Translations under genes and position numbers: made by a program
The notes under the pieces: generated by a model
Database searches by the model: none
What the model was told of the DNA's origin: nothing
The model's input: the letters and a program-made list of their open reading frames with translations, nothing else
DNA from: Nemertoderma westbladi
Lineage: Eukaryota > Animalia > Xenacoelomorpha
DNA: 64,000 bases
Reading direction: 5' to 3'
Assembly (NCBI GenBank): GCA_032718475.1
Contig: JAUCBJ010000629.1
Coordinates: 34,550-98,549, forward strand
In this document: positions 26,125 through 37,387 of the stretch, piece after piece
How the letters are laid out: each line of letters begins with the position of its first letter
How positions within the stretch are numbered: the stretch's first letter is position 1

Positions 26125-27010
26125 AATGCTAGGGTGGAATAATCCACCTTAGTTGGAAATACTGACATATTCCCTCACGTCTCCGGATATTAGCACGTCT
26201 TCTTGTTCAACATCGGACATTTGAAGGGAGAACAATTATGAGAGTCAACAAGAGAGGTGAAACAACTTCTACATTCTTTGAAGTTTTGTACTGTGGTCTT
26301 AACTATAGTACTCCAGCGACGTAGTAGATTGTGTTGGCATCGGCAGATGTTAAGCGTGGTGGATCATTTTCTAGAATTAATTAAATCTCTTCTGCAATAT
26401 TCTTCGATGTTTGCGTATAGTCTGTTGTTATACATTGTGTAGTTAATTAAGCTCAAGATTTGTTTTATTTATGAAGTCGTAATGTCCAGAATGGGTGATA
26501 AGAGAGAGTGCTCTAACTTTCCTCTCATTTTGGAACAATTGTTTACATGAAAGGTAATAATTACCTCCATTTATTTGTCTGTAACGTCGAAAGCGGAGCT
26601 CTAGGGGATCTTGCAACATCTTACGTGTTACGAACATAATTGTTTGTTAAGATATTCTTTCGCCCACGTTTCTCTTCTTAACAATCAATACGAACATAAT
26701 TAAACTTTAATTCATCCAGACAGCACCTTACTACATTGACTAAAGCATTCGTGGTATGAATAAGGGCGTCGAAAGTTTCATTTGTAAGGGCACTATTAGA
26801 TTTTCTATCTATTTCGTTAGAGGTCCTCCATGTGGCGAGGGACCTTGAAACATTACCCAGATAATTAAGTCGATCATCGGTATTCGAAAATGTTGGATAT
26901 TTGGAGGGATCGCGTTTCAGGGAACCTGCTGTTGTTGTTTCAACATTCACTATATTCCAATACTTCACAATGAATGCTACGAAATCTGCAGTACCCTTAA
27001 AGTCATACCC
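26125..27010 (-). pseudogene. C-terminal half of a P-element/THAP9-like transposase (disrupted)
   Basis: GTADFVAFIVKYWNIVNV, LTNETFDALIHTT, QDPLELRFRRYRQINGGNYYLS, IYYVAG...CRSC and GGLFHPS match P-type transposase motifs (DPLE.RFG.YRQ..G.NY, YIAGY, RGGL..PS); multiple frameshifts. Confidence 0.85.
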
Positions 27011-27018
27011 CGACTTTT

Positions 27019-27654
27019 AGTTCTGCCCATGGCTACATTTTGTTCTTATAGTTCCGCCCATGGCTACATTTTGTTCTGAAGTTCCACCCGTGGTTATATA
27101 TTGTTCTTATAGTTCTGCCCGTGGCTATATTTTGTACTTATAAACAGGTCTCCATATAATTTCATCATGTCCCACATATGGTCATGGACAGGGACACATC
27201 AACTCAATAGAGTCCAGATTAGATGGCGAGGCATTTGGCTAACTTAAGAGAGTCATTTAAAACCACAAAAAGTGAAAACACTAGCTAGTAAAAAATACAG
27301 TTAAAAATCCAAAAAAAAATTGTTACAACAACTAGCTTGTATAAAAATTGTTCCAGATTAAAAAAAATTTGTTCTATAACATACATTTTTATTTTAATCA
27401 ATAACTGACTTGTTCTAGAACATTTAAAACTACAAGAAGTGGAAACACTAGCTAGTATACAAATACAGTTAAAAAAAACAAAAATTAAAAACTAGCTTGT
27501 ATAAAGATTATACTAGAACAAAAAATGTTTGTTTCTAGAACATCAATTTTTATTTTAATCAATAACTGACAGGTTCTATAAATGGTGAAAATACTAGCTA
27601 GTATAAAGGTACAGTTAAAAATCCAAAAATGTAGCCACGGGCGGAACTGACCCC
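27019..27654. mobile_element. Repeat-rich MITE-like insertion inside the P element
   Basis: Four ~31-bp copies of AGTTC(T/C)GCCC(A/G)TGGCTACATTTT at the left, inverted copy AAAATGTAGCCACGGGCGGAACT at the right. Internal CTAGAACAAAAA/ACTAGCTAGTA repeats are also seen at 2775-2950. Confidence 0.55.
27218..27256 (-). other. 39-bp fragment of 28S rDNA spanning the R2/I-PpoI target site
   Basis: Reverse complement ATGACTCTCTTAAGTTAGCCAAATGCCTCGCCATCTAAT versus conserved 28S ATGACTCTCTTAAGGTAGCCAAATGCCTCGTCATCTAAT (2 mismatches, reference from memory). Confidence 0.85.
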
Positions 27655-28637
27655 TTTTTTGTCTACTAATTTACTTCATCAATACATGTCATGTTGTCAA
27701 TAATACTCATCAATTTTATATGGAATGTATAATTACATAGATCAAACAATATTAATTTATTTAAGCAAACGTCTTACTATGTACAAAAAGATTAAAATGA
27801 ATTATGACCTATATGTGTATGTGTATATCATGTTCACAATTATTACTATTGGCAGTAATTAATAAGTCGGCCTCAACTGGTATTTTTATTTTGCCTATAG
27901 ATACCGAGTTTGCAGTCCTGGTATAAATAATATTCTAGAAGTCCATGGTCTGGCCTATCTTTTAGTAAGTATTCAACTTGTCCAATTTACAGATCTAGCA
28001 TAGCTTGTTGATGACAAACCATGCATTCACGTTGAGGATACAAAACCGTGCTCAATGAATCCGATCACTTTATGCATGACCCGAGATAGCCTACTTAGTA
28101 GGGCAGATTAGTGTGGTTTTTTAGGCAGAATCATTCAAATTGTAATACAAGCATGAAATTTGGTTCGAACGTTCCTTTGAGTCACTTTGCAAGAAAAAAG
28201 TGATGGCCACTAAGAAGTCATCTGCATCATGATATATTAGTTGAAAATAACCAGTTGCTTTTGTGTGTTCTCGTTTATAATTACAGTTTCAATCCAGATG
28301 AGTGTTGTGTTTACATAAATGTATATTATAATGTACCAGTATCCATAGCAACCACATCCGTCATTCTTTCCATTTAAATAACTTTATTTTGAGACTTGAG
28401 TTTTATATATTCCGATGACTTCTTATAATGTTGATTTACGATCATTGTTCGAAGCGATTCTAGAAATTTCAGAATTGCATTGTTGCCATGGCAACTGTGG
28501 TAAACATGCTTAATTTGACATACGACACTTTTAATGTCTACCTTGTACCTGTTACCAATTACATTTTATCAATAACACACCTGCTAACGATTTGGTAAGG
28601 TTAGGGATGGGGCGCAGTTCCGGCCTACAGTACATGA

Positions 28638-28950
28638 CATTCTCAGTCCGAGAATGGAGATCGTAGATGGCATTCTCGGTCCGAGAATGGAGATCATAGA
28701 TGGCATTCTCGGCCCAAGAATGGAGATCGTAGATGGCATTCTCGGTCTGAGAATGGAGATCGTAGATGGCATTCTCGGTCCGAGAATGGAGATCGTAGAT
28801 GGCATTCTCGGTCCGAGAATGGAGATCGTAGATGGCATTCTCGGTCCGAGAATGGAGATCGTAGATGGCATTCTCGGTCCGAGAATGGAGATCGTAGATG
28901 GCATTCTCGGTCCGAGAATGGAGATCGTAGATGGCATTCTCGGCCCGAGA
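28638..28950. repeat. 33-bp tandem repeat (~9.5 copies) containing a 19-bp palindrome
   Basis: CATTCTCGG-T-CCGAGAATG + GAGATCGTAGATGG repeated; the length is a multiple of 3, which explains the four repetitive ORFs at 28552-29070. Confidence 0.97.
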
Positions 28951-29199
28951 GGACCACAATCTTATAAAATAGCTTCCAATGGCTTTCAAAAAGTAAAACA
29001 TTTCAAAACCGAGAATACTGCTGAGCATATTATTACGGGTTCATTTTTTGCAAAACCATGCATAAAATAATATCGTGAAACACTTCAAGACAAAGGCTTT
29101 AAACTTTTCTGACCACCATGTAAACATTTTACGCGTCACCAGGTAACCATAACTAGCACGAATTGGTCCCATGTACCCATGAAGTTATTGCCGTATCTC

Positions 29200-29490
29200 T
29201 CACGCCATCCCTTGTAACATTATGGCTCAAAAAAATAGGGAACATGTGAAGCAAGCTGCTTATCAAGCTGATCACAATTGGAGCCAGGCAATAATCAGCC
29301 AGCCTGAAATTCAGTGCCCATCCAAATGGGGTTGGGTCAATGATGATGACTTCCGTGTATTTTGGACTTCCCTACCTCCCATTGCAAAGAGTTGCCGACA
29401 ATTACCCAAACGTGGATGTAAAGCATCATGCGGTGGATGATGCAAATGCTACTCTTTAGGACTGAGTTGTACCCCATTATGTAGCTGTTA
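29200..29490 (+). pseudogene. Academ-type transposase C-terminal remnant (Cys-rich CXC tail)
   Basis: HVKQAAYQADHNW...PSKWGW...WTSLPPIAKSCRQLPKRGCKASCGG*CKCYSLGLSCTPLCSC fits the H..RA.YQA..W...P..WGW...WT.LP...C.C...C...C.C....L.CT.LC.C pattern. Confidence 0.8.
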
Positions 29491-30190
29491 TAGTCAGAAC
29501 TGATCTGAAAAATAGACACTAGATACTATGTACTTAAGCATGTTTACCGTAGTTGCCATGGCAACAATGCAATTAAAAGATTTCTAGAATCACTTCGAAC
29601 ATTGATCGTAAATCTACATCATATGAAGTGATCGGAATATTATATAAAATTCAAGTTTCAAAATAAAGTTATTTAAATGGAAATAATGATGGATGTGGTT
29701 GCTATAGCTACAGGTACATTAAATTACTCAGTTGAGAAAACACAGCACCCATCTGGATTGGAAATGTAATTATAAACGAGAACACACAAAATCAAACCTA
29801 TATATTTAACTAATATATTATGATGCAGATGATTCAAAAATATCAAATTTTAATTTATGTCGGTTGCCATGGAAACAAACAAATTATATGAAAATTATAT
29901 ATTCAACATATATTTTTCCAAATGTAGTGCACATCAGTAAATCATTTTTCTGGAAACCTCCACCACATTTAAGGGTTATAAGTCTCTTATTAAGTACTGG
30001 TTGCCATGTATGCGTGTACTTGTGGCCGCCATGTCTAAATTCCAAGTGGCTAGCACTTTTTTCTTTCAAAGTGAACCCAAAGGAACATCCGTACCAAATT
30101 TCATGCTGTATAACAATTTGAATGATTTAATATTAATCTACCCTACTAAATGTACTTGTCAATAATCAATTCAGAGAACGTATATGATTT

Positions 30191-31040
30191 CTTCTGACCA
30201 ACTTCTGGCCAGACTGACAAATGCTCACTACCAGGAGTTTTGTCATATCTGTTAACAAATAGACCTGCATTCAAGGCAGCCTCTTCTAAAACAACTTTTG
30301 TTCTCCCTCCAATGAACATCAATGCGATCCTAAAGTCGGAATAAGTAATATATCCCTCTGGTTCTAATGATCCAAGGTGATATATTGATTATTAGATAGA
30401 GATTTATTTATACATTATATAATGTATCGGTATAAAGGTATTGTCCAACATAACATATAGGATTACCCCTAATGCTTTGCAGCTTATTTCCTCTGCAGCT
30501 TATGTTACTTGCACTTGGTTACAAATACAATATTACACTACGCTAACCTAAAACCAATATAAAACGTAATTACGCTATGTACCTTTGTACATGTACAACT
30601 TTACCGAGAGCGTGACAATGTCCGACTCAACGATAAAGATGTAACAATGTACAGTACAATTTCTAAAACGTAATTACACTATGTACATGTACAACTTTAT
30701 CGAGAGTGTGACAATGCCCGACTCAACGATAAAAATGCAATGTACAGAACAATTTATTATAAAACGTAATTACATAGTAAATAATTAATAAACTAATAAC
30801 TAATATTATCTAGGTTGTTAATTTCATATTTTCGAATTTTTCGGATTTTTGCTTAAGGCCACCTCACAGTACCTCAGATGAGCTGGGTATCTTTCTCTGA
30901 AGTGCATAACAAAATCTCGTGGATCCATCATAAATAAGTCATATATTAACTGAGATTAACTATACTATAGGCTTGAAGTATTTTGAACATGTGTGGTCTT
31001 GAAATAGAGTCAAATGCGTTTTATGTTAAGTTAAAACGTA
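30191..31040 (-). mobile_element. Old RTE RT fragment, interrupted; local duplicate of 32868-33350
   Basis: 30191-30389 and ~30870-31040 match 32868-33063 and ~33170-33350; the middle is replaced by unrelated repeat-containing DNA. Confidence 0.65.
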
Positions 31041-32559
31041 ATAGAGGAATATGGAACTGCGGTAAGGCAAAACCTTACTGCAGGAATGTTTACCATATAA
31101 TGGCCCGTATGCATAAAACACTTACGACTGTCGTAATCTTCCGATCGTCATATGTCAGCAGATACGACTATCGTAAATAGCTAGAATAAAAAACAATCTC
31201 TTATTAAGGTTTATATACAAGGCAGGATATTAAATTGCCTAATGTTTCTACAAATTGTCACACAGTTCGCTGTCACAAATTCGTTGGTGAACTCATCGTG
31301 TTGGTATTTGTTTGATACTTCGTGTTGTGCGTCATTTGTACTGTGTTTGTTGTCTTATCAACTCATTAGTGGCGGCTTATATCTGTTTTGATAGATTTGA
31401 TCCATTAGTGTTACTTTATACGTACGTCATAAGTCACTCTATTTATATGTCATAAGTATTCATAAAACTGTTTTATATCAAATACAGATTATACCAACTG
31501 AAATGCTATATGAAAACATGGATTTTAACTTTGAGTGAAAAACAGAGTGAGGTAAATACACTGCCAAAGAAAGCAACTATATAACACTGGGAGATCAACT
31601 GTTAGCATGGATTATTAGTTTTACGTTTTTTTTTGTGTTGCAGCTCAGAAGTCCGTTTTGCTGAATTCAGTGTTAGAGCAATGTTTGAAAATAGATAGAT
31701 CTGTGGTAAATAGCATAAACATTTGATAAATAGTATCTCACAACTGTTTGAGTGAGGGATATATTTTATGTTTACTAGGGAATGCCTGTGAAGTTCAGGA
31801 TAAATTCTTTAGTCTGTAAAGTGGGAGCAATCACTTGGGTCACAGTGTTTAAAACAGTGTTTAGCGAGTTGTTACTGTAATATAATATATAACCAATATC
31901 ACACGATTAAGTATTAGAAATAATGTAGTGTACAAATCTAGTCATGAGAAATTCAACTCAATACAAATTGCGAGTGGGGGGGGGGAGGGGGGGTGTCATG
32001 TAAAGTAACAACCCAGAGTACAGTGACACCCAGCTTACTATATATATCCAGTAGGTTGGTGTAACGCTTTTATTGTGAGGATTATTAATATGACACCCTG
32101 CTTACTACGGGACCAATTAGGTTGTTGTAAAGCTCTTATTATGAGGATCAATACTTTCTGAAGAGTTGGATAATATTATCCCAGGGTTACAAAAGATATA
32201 GTAGTTAATAATATAATAAATTAAAGTTAATATATTAATACCTATAAAATATATAATGCCATGTTTTATATAATATATATAGGCCTATATATAATATATT
32301 GTTAATATTAATGTTAATATTTCGTTCAACCTAAAATAATATTCACGAGATCGGATCATGCTGAACATGGTTGTTTAAAATGCGTTCCTAATAAATTTAA
32401 TAAATAAATAAATTCCATAAATAAATCACTTTATTTTTATTGTAGTTAATAATATATATATATTATGCTACTTATTCATAAATAAAATTTGATATTATAG
32501 TAATTTAGATAAAGTAAGTTTTGAATTTTCAATTATTAAAAAAATATTTTTGGTCCTAT

Positions 32560-32740
32560 ATAAATTATGCGATCTTCGGTCGCTACACCAGAGACTTTTT
32601 TCCATTATTTACCTACCACTAGGCAGAGATGCGCCTTCAAAGCATTCGTGCCGAAACGAAAACTGCACTGGCCCATGCGAGGATCGAACCCACGACCTCC
32701 AAGAGATGTGTATTCAATGCAACCACTACACCAAGGTGGG
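32560..32740 (-). mobile_element. tRNA-derived SINE (head 32669-32740; 3' boundary approximate)
   Basis: Reverse strand has A box TGGTGTAGTGG and B box GGTTCGATCC at tRNA spacing, but the anticodon arm does not pair. Confidence 0.65.
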
Positions 32741-32867
32741 ACCTACTTCCTGGCTGTGGTAGGTCCATGTATACTACTGTTGTCCATATTCAGAATAAAT
32801 TTTAAATTTTCGGCCTACAATGTACAGGGATCCAGCTTGACAACTAAGTTGAAAGTAAATTATTTCT

Positions 32868-33350
32868 TCTGAACAATTTCTGGCCAGACTGACAAATGCT
32901 CACTACTAGGAGTTTTGTCATATCTGTTAACAAATAGACCTGCATTCAAGGCAGCCTCTTCTAAAACAACTTTTGTTCTCCCTCCAATGAACATCAATGC
33001 GATCCCAAAGTCGGAATAAGTAATATATCTCTCTGGTTCTAATGATCCAAGGTGATATATTGATCATTGAGGGTATATCATTCCCATTGGGAATGGTGAT
33101 ATACCACATAGACATCCGAAATACTGAGGATAAATTTGGTAATGTTTTTGCTGGAGGCCCTCTCAAATTACCTCAAATGAGCTGGGGTATCTTTCTTTGA
33201 AGTGGATACCAAATCTCGTGGATCCATCATAAATAAGTCATATATTAACTGAGATTAACGCTGGAAAATTTTAGGCTTGAAGTATTTTGAACATGAGTGG
33301 TCTTGAAACAGAGTCGAATGTGTTTTAAGTTAAGTTAAAACCGTAATAAA
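32868..33350 (-). mobile_element. Old RTE RT fragment
   Basis: Minus-strand pieces YDGSTRF, SFEVI*EGLQ, PERYITYSDF and LEEAALNAGLFVN parallel YDGSTTF, PFEVLWGVLQ, PAKYLTDLDF and LEHDASSVGLFIN of the RTE at 38.5-38.8 kb. Confidence 0.7.
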
Positions 33351-33502
33351 TAATAACGTCCTATGGTACTGACAACCAATCTGTCATGAAGGTTTACAAG
33401 GCATGATATTGGCATGGAATGTTTCTAATGTTTCTACAAATCACACAGTTAGTTATCTTCATGGTGGTTTCATACTGTTAAAATGTATCTCTCTCTGTAA
33501 CA

Positions 33503-33590
33503 GATGGGGAAACAGACCCACTTCAGGGTGACACTATGGCACCTTTCCACTACATTATTGTGGTGGACTATGTCGTGCTGCGAATGTAAC
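33503..33590 (+). mobile_element. Short RTE RT fragment
   Basis: DGETDPLQGDTMAPFHYIIVVDYV versus DGDTEP...LQGDTLAPFLFIIVVDYV. Confidence 0.75.
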
Positions 33591-34472
33591 TCGGCCAACA
33601 TATTAATATGCAGTAGATGGGCAGGAATTCTAAAATTTTAATTATACCTCACACCCCTAATAATATGCATGCATGCACATCATATCAAAGCAGGGTAAGG
33701 CGCGCTATATAAATGGACAACGTGGAATGTTATTTCATGTCAATGTCGGTGTAGAACCGACATGGCAAATAGCATGTGATTGAACAGTATGGTAGGTGAT
33801 TTAAATGAAGGTTAGACTAGGAAGTAAATTCAATGTCAACCGTCTTTTAGCGCTTCTAGTTTATAGAGCATGAATGGATGCTTTGGTGAATGTTCCAGTA
33901 TCGACAAAGGCCCAAAACTCAAATTCAGCTTGGCCTGCCTGAACCTTATTGGTTCATATAATTACTGATATTTAAATAAAATAATACAATAGGTGTAATA
34001 TGATAGCTCTGCCACAGGTACACGTTTACAAGGAACTAAATTTGAGAATCTGACGTATATTAACTCGCAAATGATCTTTTTTACTCTCACATTCACTGGA
34101 AGTTACTGACTGTGCAAAGGAAGTGGCTTCTAGTGTTGGATTACTTGTTTAGTGATAATTAATATCCACAAACTTTGAGTGACCTCAAAACATTATATAT
34201 AGTGAAAATATAAGATCACTTATAGGGTATAATGTAACAATCAATATATAACAAAAAAGCCAATATGTAACCTGTAGAATATTGCTTCCTTGATTTATTG
34301 GTACACAACTCATCTGACGGCTTGGGCAACCCTTAATAAATAAATTGTCTTAAATTGGAAATTTCAGGCTTTCGCTGTATCCACTTTAAAGATAACTTAT
34401 TCCGAACTGCAGTAGAGCCAGTTCTATTTATTATAACTTTTTGTTGGGCACAGCTTTTTGCAAAGTCGGCAA

Positions 34473-34546
34473 TGACGTCCAGGTAGGATCGAACTGGTGA
34501 CCTCTGGGTTGGAAGTCTGACGCTCTAACCATTCAGCTAGCGGCGC
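34473..34546 (-). pseudogene. tRNA pseudogene or SINE head
   Basis: Reverse strand GCGCCGCTAGCTGAATGGTTAGAGCG...CAGTTCGATCCT has A/B boxes and a D-arm; anticodon and T stems are mispaired. Confidence 0.6.
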
Positions 34547-34788
34547 ATGTAAAAGATAGACCTGGAAATACTACCTGATACCTTGTATGTCCCCAATTTA
34601 CCTCCTCATGGCCTCCAATCTGTCAATACCATCATATGCTGCCACGCACGATACCACGCACGTAATTAAAAAATTATTAATAAAACTCAATGTGCTGCCC
34701 ATTTTATTATTGCTGGTACTGTAAAACAAAGTATTATTTTATTAGCTTATAATAACTTTGCACTTTGCTCCCAAGTGTGACCCCGGGT

Positions 34789-35795
34789 CAGTGGCGTCGC
34801 AGCATCACCAATCACCATGCGCCACCCTGCAAAATTTTGACTGCGCCCCCTTACAGTGCATTAAAAAGTGAAATTTTAATGCAAGTTGCCAAATTTGGCT
34901 TGTGCGTAACACCCCACTCCCCCCCCCCAACCCCATTACATTAAAAATTACACAATCTGAATTTGTAACATAATATGAATTTCGTTGAAAAATATCTGTG
35001 CCTGAGATATGGAGGTTTAGTACTGTTTGTGTAGATATGATAGTTAGAAAGTTGCATTGTTTTGCACCAACGCAAGTGTAGTCAGTCAAGTGAGTCAGTC
35101 ATATTCTCAATTTTTGTGATTTTAAATTTCTACTGTAGTAGTACTCCTACAGTACTAACGTTAGCGGTAGCGCCATGGTGCGATAGACACAAATACACTT
35201 AAAAATGATACCTTAATTATCTCGACAATCTAAAAATAACAGTTTTTTTCTTATTTGTGTTTTTTTTGTTCCATTTTTCTGCTTTTAATTACTTTTTTGA
35301 GCTTTTTTCACATTTTTATGCTCTTTTTTGTGCTTTTAGTAGTATTTTTTAGTAGGACCCACTTCCTAACAGTACCAACAAATCACTATAAGGTTGAAGT
35401 AAATTTCATGCAATCTCATAAATATTTGACAGAATAATCTAAAAAAAATAAAATACAAAGTGACTAGCTCTGGCTATTCCACAACGAAATTAAAACTATG
35501 TTACATATTTGGAATTGCGTGCACATTTACTTTGCGGTGGCTCTAATTAACAACTGTTCTATTGCCCTTTCGATGCTACAAAATATTATCATGTCCATGT
35601 ACTGTTGTAATAAACATTTATTGTAATAAACACGTATTGATCGAATTTATTAACATTCTATTTATTAATATATTTTTTCATATTTATTCACTGAGCACGT
35701 AAACTACGTGGTTGTAAAAATCGGCTGCGCCCCCACAGGCCTTGCGCCCCCCTGGAGTGAGTGCAGGGATTACAGGGGTGGCTGCGACGCCCCTG
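34789..35795. mobile_element. hAT-like non-autonomous element
   Basis: 15-bp TIRs CAGTGGCGTCGCAGC / GCTGCGACGCCCCTG, subterminal GCGCCCC motifs and a degenerate 8-bp TSD (CCCCGGGT / CCCTGGGG). Confidence 0.7.
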
Positions 35796-35983
35796 CCCTG
35801 GGGTACTGGTGACTGAGATTCTATTGGCCAAGGATAAGAGGTGACAGCAGAAGCCTTGACCATTGGGTGTTCTAATCAAGTATAATTGAACAATACATCA
35901 GGTTTAAAAAGACATTTACATTATCAATCATACTTCCACAATAAGCTCCAATTTAAGTAGCAAATAACAATTATTTATCTTAC

Positions 35984-36145
35984 CAGTTTGCCTTGTAGTG
36001 GATGTAGCGTTCCCACTACATTGCCAGGTTCCAGTCTGTAGTTAATTGTCAATTCGGTTCTGGTAGTGGAGGATGGCGTATGGAAACCAGACAAGTCATC
36101 ATCATCAGCTCTTGTGCAAGGTAAAGAGAATGGTCTTGCATAGCC
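35984..36145 (-). CDS. Candidate internal coding exon of an unidentified host gene
   Basis: Minus strand: TTTATTGTTTCCTAG acceptor, 162 bp open in one frame only (GYARPFSLPCTRADDDDLSGFHTPSSTTRTELTINYRLEPGNVVGTLHPLQGKL), then CTG|GTAAGA donor; more GC-rich than its flanks. Confidence 0.45.
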
Positions 36146-37036
36146 CTAGGAAACAATAAACAAACGTCTGTACAACATCTCTATCCTGTGCACAGTATTT
36201 GGAGTTTTGGGTTTTTACTTAAATTTTTTAAAGAATAATAGGCCTAGGCTTTATAGTACTGAAATAAATTAAATTAATTAATAAATTAAATAATTAATAA
36301 GGTGTCAAAATACGCCTTCGCGGTTCATGGAAGCCAAAGTCACGGAAGAACTGAGGTTAGAATCTCCACCAGCTGACTCTGTGGAAATTTTAAATACTCC
36401 TTAAGTACCTTGAAATAGGTCTACTCCTTTAAAATGTTAAAGAACGGAATTAAATAGATTACATCAAAGGCACCATGATCTCAAATTGTAATAATTGGAT
36501 TGTAAATATGTTTTTGGAGCTGTCAACAAGGTTCGAAAATCCACCAAATAGAACTTTTATTTATGGATTCTAGTAATTCTATTGATTCTATTGTATTTTA
36601 TTGCAGATGAGTGCAGCGCGGTAGATCATTTGGTGTAAATCACAAAATTTCTAATCTTCTGAATTTCCTACAAGAAAAATACAAACTCTCAACCGTAAGT
36701 TCCACTCTATTATTGATGAAGTCTGAATCTACCTTATGATCTACTTTAATTGTCCATGTGAATTCATAATACTAATAATATTTTATTAATTGGTACGGAA
36801 GTGTAACTTATTGTAACATTACGTAACAACAAGACACTCTTGGAAATAAGCTGGAAAGCTTTAAAGGCAATCCTTTACTTTATGTGACAGTAATTGCATT
36901 ACTCGTACTTTATGTGACAGTAATTACTCGTTTTACCTACTGCCTACTGCCCTACCTTGTAACTTAAATACGAATAAACTTGCTGTGATAAATACTGATT
37001 TGTGTTTTATATTTAAATTGAGATTTTTTTTAAACT

Positions 37037-37387
37037 ATGGCGGATGTGGAGGCTTTCATTAAACTTCAAGATGATTCAATATCTCTGGTCAGAAGTATAA
37101 AAACCAAAAAGAGTGTTTCCGTTGACGATGAACGACAGTTAATCGACGCGTTCATTAAGATGGGCCAAATGTTCAACATTCAAGTAGGTAAACTGGCAGA
37201 AACCGTCTCCCAACTCGCAGATGCTCGCGCAGAGACCATTAAAGCGAAGAATCAGGTGATCGATCTCCAATCGAAATCTGCCAATCTAGGCCGTATGAGC
37301 TACAGCGACACGGTTCATAGTAATACCGCCACGGTAACAGCATCCTCGCAAATGGGACCCCCTCCTACCCTCCAGTCACGGTCTGGA
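37037..37387 (+). CDS. LINE ORF1, N-terminal part (coiled coil), cut by the RTE insertion
   Basis: MADVEAFIKL...LAETVSQLADARAETIKAKNQVIDLQ...MSYSDTV...QSRSG; the SY.D.V motif after a coiled coil is typical of LINE ORF1 proteins. Confidence 0.7.

Larger units (their letters stand above)
25269..27947 (-). mobile_element. Defective P-superfamily DNA transposon with TIRs and 7-bp TSD
   Basis: TIRs CATGGACTTCTAGAATATT(A)ATTTATACCAGGACTG at both ends, flanked by direct repeat GTCTGGC (25262-25268, 27948-27954). Contains a P-type transposase remnant. Confidence 0.85.
28096..30148 (+). mobile_element. Defective Academ DNA transposon with long TIRs
   Basis: TAGTAGGG...CCCTACTA termini; inverted similarity of 28096-28515 with 29535-30148 (right arm has ~200 bp extra); internal transposase C-terminus remnant. 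TSD imperfect (ACT/AAT). Confidence 0.8.

Noticed and set aside
27181-27300. rRNA gene or R2 element
   Set aside because: Only 39 bp match 28S, both sides of the R2 site are contiguous (no insertion), and there is no R2 ORF.
28638-28950. CRISPR-like array of palindromic repeats
   Set aside because: The 14-bp intervening sequences are identical rather than unique spacers, there are no cas genes, and the context is eukaryotic; it is a minisatellite.
28552-29070. Four overlapping repeat-protein ORFs
   Set aside because: By-products of a stop-free 33-bp tandem unit.
32669-34546. Two functional tRNA genes
   Set aside because: A/B boxes are present but the anticodon, T or acceptor stems do not pair; treated as SINE heads or pseudogenes.
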